From positions 62,001 through 126,000 of the forward strand of contig JAIVFI010000013.1 of assembly GCA_025558095.1 (NCBI GenBank): a DNA stretch of 64,000 bases, in the 5' to 3' direction. Positions 56,687 to 64,000 of this stretch are shown piece by piece. The position numbers were made by a program, and so were the translations under genes. The notes under the pieces are model-generated. The model had not been told where the DNA came from, made no database searches, and worked only from the letters and a program-made list of their open reading frames with translations. Origin of the DNA: Hyaloraphidium curvatum SAG 235-1 (Eukaryota; Fungi; Monoblepharomycota). Within the stretch, counting starts at the first letter, position 1. Each line of letters starts with the position of its first letter.

Positions 56687-57530
56687 CTACCCGGTCCTCC
56701 GCTTCTTCCTCGGGGACACGGGGCCCCCGTGCCGCCGGTGGAACTCGGCCACCGCGTGCCCAGCCCCTGTCAGGTTCTCCAGCGGCTCCCAGGTGACATC
56801 GTTCCATCCCTTCCACTGGACGCGGTACTCTGCCCCGCGATCCGTGTGCCGGCACGCCGAGATCTTGCCGACCTCGTACTCGATGTCCTCCTCGAGGTCT
56901 TCCTCCTCCGTCGTCGCCCGTTCCACCTCGAGAAGCAGCCGGTCGAGGGCCTCGAAGCAGGATCCCGGCCGGCCGAGCACGTTGGTCTGGTTCGGCTTGT
57001 GCGCCATCCCCAGGGGCCCGTCCGAGTGCAGGAACCCGTGGATGCGGAAGTTGTTCTCCCCTCCCTCGTAGGCATCCCCCGCGTGGACCTGGTCGCCGCG
57101 GAACACAAGCATGTCTCCCGTCTCCAGCACCACCCGCTCCACCCTGCCCCCCGAAGGCAGCGTGAACGGCCCCTCCCCCCGCGTCGCAAGCGCCTCGTGG
57201 ACGTTGCGCCACGAGTGCGGCCACTTGCGGACCGAGGTCCTCTGCACCGCGACGAAAAACAGCAGCGGCGCATCGCGCGCCGCCGTCGTCCGCGCCATCC
57301 ACTCGCCCGACTCGGCGGAGGGAAACGCCAGATCCGTGTGCTTGGGCTGCGCCGCGCAGCCCGGCCTGCTCATCAGCACGTCGACGTTGCGCAGCTCCCT
57401 CCCCGGAAACAGCACGCCCAAGACCCCCCTTAGCACGGCATGCAGCTCCGCGAAGCCGGGCGGGCCTGGAGCCTCCTCCCGTCGCCGGGGAGCGTCCTCG
57501 CCCCGTCGATGGCCTGGAACACGGGGGGGT
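56687..57530 (-). CDS. 2OG-Fe(II) dioxygenase (PhyH-like fold) fused to a C-terminal chromodomain; 5' end frameshifted or truncated
   Basis: AQPKHTD (HxD), GDMLVFRGDQVHAG (distal His) and NFRIH (Arg), then YEVGKISACR...EYRVQWKGWNDVTWEPLENL (chromodomain) and a basic tail PRKKRR. The upstream PVFQ...GDGRRLQA segment is in another frame. Confidence 0.72.
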
Positions 57531-57958
57531 ACTGCAGCGGCGAACTACTACGCAATAGCGCGAGCTAGGAGGTTCGATGTTTGGTACGATCCGCGCCGCA
57601 TCATTGAAGGCTTGGGCCACTCCGGCTTTGTTGCACGTACGTCAACCTTCTCCGCGTGTGGCAAGATCCCCCCTCGCCAGCGCCTGTTCAGCACGGCCAT
57701 CATGGTTGATCGCCTTTCTTAACTGCTTTTCTCTCTGGATTCACCCGCGAACGCAAGGCATCAACATGTGAAGGCCTGCAGATCGGGGTTCACCCGCCTC
57801 GTGCCTGGCGGAGCCCTTGCGCACCGCCGGAGCTCCGAAGCTGCCCAAACAGATAGCACGATCCTGCTTCATTGACGCGCCCGGACCGCAGGCGGCGCGC
57901 GTTTCCACATTCCGGCGACATATTTCCCGCATTTTGCACGGGATCGAGCCCGCAGGCC

Positions 57959-59416
57959 ATGCCGGACGCGGTCGGATCGACACCCCCGCCCGTCGTCTCG
58001 CACTGGGACGGAGACGGCGGCATCGACAGCAGCGGCACCCTCTCGCCGCCTCCCACTTCTTTTCCCGCTGCACGGCGGCCCAGCGACAGGGGATCCGTCG
58101 GGTTCAACGGCCCGAACGGGAACGGTGCCAACGGCCTGAACCCCGGCTCGAAGATGGGCTCGCTGGGCCGGCGGGGCTCCCCCGCTGCCGTATCAGCAAA
58201 GGACATCGCGTATCTGCTGGAGCGCATGAACGTAGCCGAGGCCGTCGAGGACGACGGGGCGAGCAACGACGTGGCATCGTCCGTCGGATCGAGCGCGGTC
58301 GGGCGCTTCGAAACGAGCGACGAGCTGGAGCGGTTCAGGGAGTTCCAGGTGCTTTTGGACGCCTTTTGCGATGCTGCGACCGTCCCGGTGATGATCACCG
58401 ATGGCGACGGCCACGTGCGCTCCATCAATGGCGAGGCTCTGTCCCTATTTGGCTACGAGCGGCGCAACATCGTTGGGAAGAACATCGCGATCCTCATGCC
58501 GAAATCCGTGGCCGTCAAGCACGACTACTACATGCAGCGCTACCACTCGACCAAGATCAAGCACATCCTCCAAGACAAGCAGACACATCTGAAGGCAGTC
58601 AAGGCCGACGGCACCTCGATCCCCATCAGCCTTAAAGTCAACGAGCTCGCCCATCCCGGACACGGGGGCTCGTCTTTCGTGGCCTTCGTGCAGGACCTGA
58701 GCGCGCAGCTCGAGTACGAGCGCATCGAGCGGACCTTCTACTCCCTCCTCCCCCGACACATCGCCGACCGCATGCGCCGTGGGGACCAGGGCATCGCAGA
58801 ACAGACCGCGGCGTCGGTGCTCTTCATTGACTGCGTCAACTTCACGGCATTCTCCAACGCCGCGGCCCCGGCCGAAGTCATTGAGCTGTTGAGCCGTATC
58901 TTCCGGGTCGCCGACATTGCTGCGAAGCACTACGGCATCGAGAAGGTCAAAACCATAGGTGACTGTTACATGGGCGCCTGCTTCTTGATGCAGCAGGTAG
59001 GCTCGCGATCGGCGACGAAGCGCCCTGCGGGGCAGGACAACTCGTCGCACTACATGGACGCCCCCGTGAGGGCCGTGGAGATGTGCCTCGACGTCGTGCA
59101 GTACATCCAGCAGAACGAACAGATCCGGGTGCGGGTCGGGATCGCGACGGGGCCGGTCGTGGCCGGATGCATGGAGGGCGACCGGCCGACCTACGATCTC
59201 CTGGGGCCGACGGTCAACCTAGCGTCGAGGCTGCAGAACGTGGCACCGGCTAACGGTATTGCTGTGGACTCAGCGACGGCGGAGCAGTGCTCGCACGTCT
59301 TCCAATGGGCCGCCCCTGTGCAGCACGACCTCAAGGGCTGCGGCGACGTGGACGTCTTTATCCTGGAGGGAAGAAAGCAGCATTCGGGTACCATGGGAAG
59401 GAATCACTCTCTGTAA
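57959..59416 (+). CDS. Soluble heme-PAS (FixL-like) class III adenylate cyclase (copy 1)
   Basis: 485 aa, intronless. PAS LFGYERRNIVGKNIAILMPKSVAVKHDYYMQRY, helical YSLLPRHIADRM, and cyclase LFIDCVNFT, EKVKTIGDCYM, YDLLGPTVNLASRLQ. Confidence 0.9.
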   Translation: MPDAVGSTPPPVVSHWDGDGGIDSSGTLSPPPTSFPAARRPSDRGSVGFNGPNGNGANGLNPGSKMGSLGRRGSPAAVSAKDIAYLLERMNVAEAVEDDGASNDVASSVGSSAVGRFETSDELERFREFQVLLDAFCDAATVPVMITDGDGHVRSINGEALSLFGYERRNIVGKNIAILMPKSVAVKHDYYMQRYHSTKIKHILQDKQTHLKAVKADGTSIPISLKVNELAHPGHGGSSFVAFVQDLSAQLEYERIERTFYSLLPRHIADRMRRGDQGIAEQTAASVLFIDCVNFTAFSNAAAPAEVIELLSRIFRVADIAAKHYGIEKVKTIGDCYMGACFLMQQVGSRSATKRPAGQDNSSHYMDAPVRAVEMCLDVVQYIQQNEQIRVRVGIATGPVVAGCMEGDRPTYDLLGPTVNLASRLQNVAPANGIAVDSATAEQCSHVFQWAAPVQHDLKGCGDVDVFILEGRKQHSGTMGRNHSL

Positions 59417-59685
59417 TAGAGCTGGAATCCCCGTCTGTTGCTGCTGTTTCCTGGTCGGTTAATGTATTCGGTCTCACGATCCCGACAACAAAACTGCACG
59501 TAAGGCAGACAACGCCGACATCCACCGAGTTTGCATGAGCCACTCCTTGCGTCAGCGCCAATGTGCTTTCGCGTCCTGATCTCGATGTGGCGCGCGGCCA
59601 GAGTGGATCTTGTGTGTCCTCAAGACGACGTCATCAGAGGACCCTTGTCCTTGGGGATCAACCCCCTGCTCGACAACCATCGAAC

Positions 59686-61152
59686 ATGGGGGACACGCCC
59701 GGTTCCCCCTTTCTGTCGACCGGCGGGCTCTTCGACGGCGACGGCAAAACCAGCAGCGGCACACTGACGCCGGGCCCGGCATCGGAGCCCGGAGGGAGGA
59801 GGCCCAGCGACAGGGCCCCCCTGGGGTTCAACGGCACCAACGGGCCGGTCGGGCCGGCCGGCCAGGCCGCCAACGGAGCGGTGCCCATGTCCGGCACGAA
59901 AATGGGCTCCCAAGGCCGGTCCGGCGCGCCGCCGGCCGTGTCGGCCAAGGACATCGCGTACCTGCTCGAACGCCTGAACGCCCAGGACGGGGGCGACGAC
60001 GACATGGTCTCCTCCGTGGCAGGGTCGAGCGGCCTCGGCCACTTTGAAAGCAACGACGAGCTGGCGCGCTTCAAGGAGTTCCAGGTGCTACTGGACGCCT
60101 TCTGCGACGCTGCGACCGTGCCGGTGATGATCACGGACGGCGAAGGACACGTCCGCTCCATCAACCACGAGGCCCTTTCTCTGTTTGGCTACGAGCGCCG
60201 CAACATCGTCGGCAAGAACATCAACATGCTGATGCCCAAGTCGCTGGCCGTCAAGCACGACTACTACATGCAGCGCTATCACTCGACCAAAATCAAGCAC
60301 ATCATGATGGATAAACAGACCCATCTGAAGGCAGTCAAGGCCGACGGCACCACCTTTCCCATCAGTCTCAAGATTAATGAGCTGGCCCATCCCGGCGGCA
60401 CCGGCTCCTCGTTCGTGGGCTTCGTCCAGGATCTGACGGCGCAGCTCGAGTACGAGCGCATCGAGCGGACCTTCTATTCCCTCCTGCCCCGCCATATCGC
60501 CGACCGCATGCGTCGTGGCGACCAGAGCATTGCCGAGCAGACCGCAGCCTCAGTGCTCTTCATCGATTGTGTCGACTTTACCGCCTTCGCCAACTCAACC
60601 CCCGCCTCGGAGGTGATTGAGCTCCTCACCCGTGTGTTCCGCGCGGCCGACATTGCCGCCAAGCACTACGGCATCGAGAAGGTCAAGACCATAGGTGACT
60701 GTTACATGGGCGCCTGCTTCCTCCTTCAGCAGGCCGGTTCCCGGTCCGGAGCCAAGCGCCCTGCGGGACAGGACTCGTCCCACTTCATGGATGCTCCCGT
60801 GCGGGCGGTCGAGATGTGCCTGGACGTGTTGCAGTACATCCAGCAGAACGAGGAGGTGCGCGTGAGGGTGGGGATCGCCACGGGCGCCGTGGTTGCAGGC
60901 TGCATGGAAGGCGACCGTCCCACCTACGATCTCCTGGGGCCGACGGTCAACCTGGCCTCCCGGCTGCAGCACATGGCGCCCATCAACGGAATCGCCGTCG
61001 ATACGGCGACGGCGGAGCAGTGCTCGCACGTGTTCCAGTGGGCAAGCCCGGTGCGGCACGACATCAAGGGCTGCGGCGATGTTGATGTTTTCGTACTTGA
61101 GGGCAGGAAGCAGAGTTCGGGGGCCAAGGGAAGGGCCAGCAGTTTGGCCTAA
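59686..61152 (+). CDS. Soluble heme-PAS (FixL-like) class III adenylate cyclase (copy 2, tandem paralog)
   Basis: 488 aa, intronless. Same motifs as copy 1, with PAS and cyclase domains nearly identical at protein level. Confidence 0.9.
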   Translation: MGDTPGSPFLSTGGLFDGDGKTSSGTLTPGPASEPGGRRPSDRAPLGFNGTNGPVGPAGQAANGAVPMSGTKMGSQGRSGAPPAVSAKDIAYLLERLNAQDGGDDDMVSSVAGSSGLGHFESNDELARFKEFQVLLDAFCDAATVPVMITDGEGHVRSINHEALSLFGYERRNIVGKNINMLMPKSLAVKHDYYMQRYHSTKIKHIMMDKQTHLKAVKADGTTFPISLKINELAHPGGTGSSFVGFVQDLTAQLEYERIERTFYSLLPRHIADRMRRGDQSIAEQTAASVLFIDCVDFTAFANSTPASEVIELLTRVFRAADIAAKHYGIEKVKTIGDCYMGACFLLQQAGSRSGAKRPAGQDSSHFMDAPVRAVEMCLDVLQYIQQNEEVRVRVGIATGAVVAGCMEGDRPTYDLLGPTVNLASRLQHMAPINGIAVDTATAEQCSHVFQWASPVRHDIKGCGDVDVFVLEGRKQSSGAKGRASSLA

Positions 61153-62375
61153 GCGTGTAGGAGTAGCCTTGATGTCGCTTCGGTGTGCGGAGTGTAGGGG
61201 ACTTCGGAGCAACAACCTTTATTGAAGCAGAGAGAGCTCCACTCAAACTTCTCCAATCGATGGGAATGCCGTTGGTGCGAGCTACATTTGGCGCGCAATT
61301 GCTCAAGCTTTGTTCTTCTCGCTCATCTGTTTCGGGACTTGCAGTGGCTTTGTCAGCCCGCACGCAGCGCGTCCAGTCATCGATCGCAAATCGCAAACAC
61401 CGCTACCGCCGCCGGCCTCACACTGTCCCGACTACTCCGTCCTGGAATTTCGATCCAATAGCAGAGCTTAACAAGCGCTCAGAGGACGGATACCGGCTGC
61501 CGGGCGACAACTGGGGAAGCCAGTCGGGTGGTCTGCGAGGCCGTCCGGCCGCCCCGGACCAGACCCAGGTGCAGAGAGCACGGAGCCGGAGGGGAGGCTC
61601 CCAACGCAAGCGCCGCGGGCACTTGTGGCGGTCGCGCCCTCCGGCACCAGGACTCTCAAGCTTCGGGCTCGGGGAACACGACTCGCCGACGAAGATGGCT
61701 GCCGCGCCGCCTTTTTGCGGGCGGTAATGTATGTCACGATGCAGCTCGGAAGCTCGCCGCTTACTCCAGCGATATGCGGCACGGGACGGGACTAGGCAGA
61801 GCTGGAGGCGCCTCTGGGAAGGCAAGGTCGACGTCAAACAGATGCCTCCGGCGCTTCGTTGGACAAATTGAACACATACGTGGCCGCTGAAATGCTGGTG
61901 CTCATCTTCTTCCGATCTACGCTGGAGACGCCCGCGGGGTAGAGCACCGAGCCCACGACGACTCCATTCTCCTGCGGGGTTTCAAGCAGCAGGGAGCTCG
62001 GATGGGATGCCGATGCACTTGCGAACGCCCCATCCCGCGGCGAACGACGCCGGGCGGCGAGACGATGGGGAGCGGTTAAACCCCCTGAGCGGGTCACGTG
62101 CAGGGGTCCGGCGAGCACATCTGCCGCCCGCGCGGACTAACGTGCCCTCGAGTACAAAAGGCGGCTCCCCGCGCTCCCTCTGCCAGCACGCCAGTTCGCG
62201 CCTGAAGCAAGTCTCCTCGTTTGTTGACTGCGGTGGGTCCGCCCATCCGGGTCGGGCAGCGCGCGCTGACGATGTCTCCCTGCCCGCCCCTGCCCCCTCT
62301 CGGCTTCCCTCGCTCCCCCTTCATCCCGACCGCTCTCTCCTACTCCCGCCCGTCGCTATATCAGCCCCCACGAAG

Positions 62376-62756
62376 ATGCACGTCACCAGCCCCCTCGGCA
62401 TTCGCTCCTTCGTGTTCGGCACCGCCCTCTGGGCGAGCGGCGTCGGTCTCGTCCGCATCATGGGCGAAACCATGTACCCCCTCAAGGACGACAAGGCACG
62501 CCAGGCCGCCGTGCTAGCCGCCACCATTCCCCTCTCCATGACCTTCCCCTACCTCCTTCCGGTCTTTGGGATCCCTAAGGAGGCCGAGTTCGAGGCTATG
62601 GTCATGGGGTCGGCCGCCGCCTGCCTCTGGGACGGATACGCCGTCTTCTTCACCAACTGGTACTCGGACAGTGAGCACGTCAAGCTGAAGGTCGGCTCGA
62701 CGCTGCTGTGGGGCATCGGGGTGGGCCTGCTGCTTGCCTCCAACAACAAGGGGTAG
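62376..62756 (+). CDS. Small 4-TM membrane protein (possibly DUF5367-like)
   Basis: 126-aa intronless ORF with four hydrophobic segments, including G-x2-LW, AACLWDG and LLWGIG. Confidence 0.6.
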   Translation: MHVTSPLGIRSFVFGTALWASGVGLVRIMGETMYPLKDDKARQAAVLAATIPLSMTFPYLLPVFGIPKEAEFEAMVMGSAAACLWDGYAVFFTNWYSDSEHVKLKVGSTLLWGIGVGLLLASNNKG

Positions 62757-62972
62757 ATTCCATGTAACAAAGACGGAGTTCATCAATCAACCTAGTTCTG
62801 CTTCACCTCGTCGTCGAAATCGCGTGGTCCAAGTTGGCGATTGACACCGCCCGGCACAGCATTGAGAGGGGTGCGGCGGCAAGATGGGTGTTGCCGCTGA
62901 CGCTCGACGCCCGCGGGGGATGCCGCACCGTGACACCCAACAGTCACACACGCTCTACTGCCCGCCGCCGCC

Positions 62973-64000
62973 ATGGCGCGCAGCGAGGCAACTCTCTTCT
63001 GTCGCCGCCGTCCCGTGCGGGGCCCGGGCCGCGGGATCTGCTTGCCGTTCCGCTTCGGACTCGCCTTCGCGCTCTTGCTGGCGGCCGCACGGCCGGCCAT
63101 CGCAGACCGCCTGCTGGGCAACCCGGTCGGCATCTCCGCCGACGGTGCGCCCTTCTTCAAGCCGATTGTGCCGCATTTGTCGGGATTGAGTGCTCTGGCC
63201 GGCGATGCGGGCGCGGTGCCGTTCAACGGCCCCATCGCCAAGATCGTCGGCGGCGCCGCCGTTCCCAGTCAAACCACCTATCCTTGGATGGCCCTGATCA
63301 TCGATCAGGTCCGCGGCTACATGTGCGGGGGTACCCTCATCGCCCCGAACGTGCTGCTTACCGCAGCGCACTGCGCTGCTGGGAGCCAGCCCTCGTTCTG
63401 GAGCGTCCGCACGTACCGCCTGGACCAGTCAAAGTCGACGCAGACCGAGGGAGGCATCGACTACTCGGTCACGAGGGTCGAGATCCATCCCTCCTACAAT
63501 GCCAACTCGATGGTCTTTGACGTGGCCGTGTTCTTTCTCTCGGCCCCCGTGAACTACGGCTCCTTCGTCCCGGCCTTTGTGGCCATCAACAGGAATGGCG
63601 CGATGCCGACGGCCGGCGAAACAGCCCGCACCATCGGCTGGGGCACGACAAGCTACCAGGGCTCGACACCCAACATCATGCGCGAGGTCGACATACCCGC
63701 AGCGTCGCCGGCAACCTGCGTCTCGGTTTTAGGCCAGGGGTTTGACAATCCCACGTACCTGTGTGCCGGCAGCGTCGGCAAAGACAGCTGTCAAGGAGAT
63801 TCTGGCGGACCAATCCTCGTCTTCCGCAACGGCGCATGGCTGCAGGTCGGCATCGTCAGCTTCGGAACGGCAGGATGTGCCGACTCGACCGAATACCTCG
63901 GCATATACTCCCGCATCTCGAGCTTCAGCGACTGGATCGACGCGCGCCTCGCCGAGGCCGGGGCTGTGACGCAGGCGCCCGTCAAGACCACGACGCGGCG
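62973..64000 (+). CDS. Secreted trypsin-like S1 serine protease, 3' end off window
   Basis: Missing from the ORF track because it runs to the window edge. Hydrophobic signal, activation site K|IVGG, CGGTLIAPNVLLTAAHC, DVAV and KDSCQGDSGGP, followed by the start of a Thr-rich linker. Confidence 0.93.
   Translation, partial: MARSEATLFCRRRPVRGPGRGICLPFRFGLAFALLLAAARPAIADRLLGNPVGISADGAPFFKPIVPHLSGLSALAGDAGAVPFNGPIAKIVGGAAVPSQTTYPWMALIIDQVRGYMCGGTLIAPNVLLTAAHCAAGSQPSFWSVRTYRLDQSKSTQTEGGIDYSVTRVEIHPSYNANSMVFDVAVFFLSAPVNYGSFVPAFVAINRNGAMPTAGETARTIGWGTTSYQGSTPNIMREVDIPAASPATCVSVLGQGFDNPTYLCAGSVGKDSCQGDSGGPILVFRNGAWLQVGIVSFGTAGCADSTEYLGIYSRISSFSDWIDARLAEAGAVTQAPVKTTTR

Noticed and set aside
57959-61152. 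Calling the PAS cyclases guanylate cyclases
   Set aside because: The specificity positions are Lys (KVKTIGD) and Asp (YDLLG), the adenylate pattern, not Glu/Cys.
61153-62370. ORFs of 80-180 aa between cyclase 2 and the 4-TM gene
   Set aside because: No motifs and no coherent gene model. Treated as intergenic or decayed sequence.

Overview
This is a gene-dense, very GC-rich eukaryotic window. Short (about 50-130 nt) GT-AG introns carry CTAAC/CTGAC branch points. A Zn(II)2Cys6 transcription factor marks it as fungal. The CBM18 chitin-binding protein, TKL kinase, Kv channel and expanded F-box/LRR-like genes point to an early-diverging chytrid/monoblepharid-like lineage (inference). About 35 genes or gene remnants were reconstructed by hand from the ORF track plus splice signals. 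Housekeeping and metabolic genes: CK1, ADH, enoyl-CoA isomerase, two 4CL-like acyl-CoA ligases, GMC oxidoreductase, PhyH-like dioxygenase, MFS transporter, class-3 lipase and a ZGPAT-like protein. Several secreted Cys- or Thr-rich proteins are also present. The most unusual content is prokaryote-type signalling and conflict genes: (i) a Cys-less GLIC/ELIC-like pentameric ligand-gated ion channel, followed within 5 kb by a 2OG-Fe(II) dioxygenase-chromodomain fusion and two tandem FixL-type heme-PAS adenylate cyclases, forming a candidate sensory block at 55-61 kb; (ii) an intronless NlpC/P60 (T6SS Tae-like) peptidoglycan amidase beside a non-LTR retrotransposon remnant; (iii) a stand-alone bacterial-type SLOG protein. 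No rRNA, convincing tRNA or CRISPR array was found. All family calls come from motif recognition by eye, with no database search.
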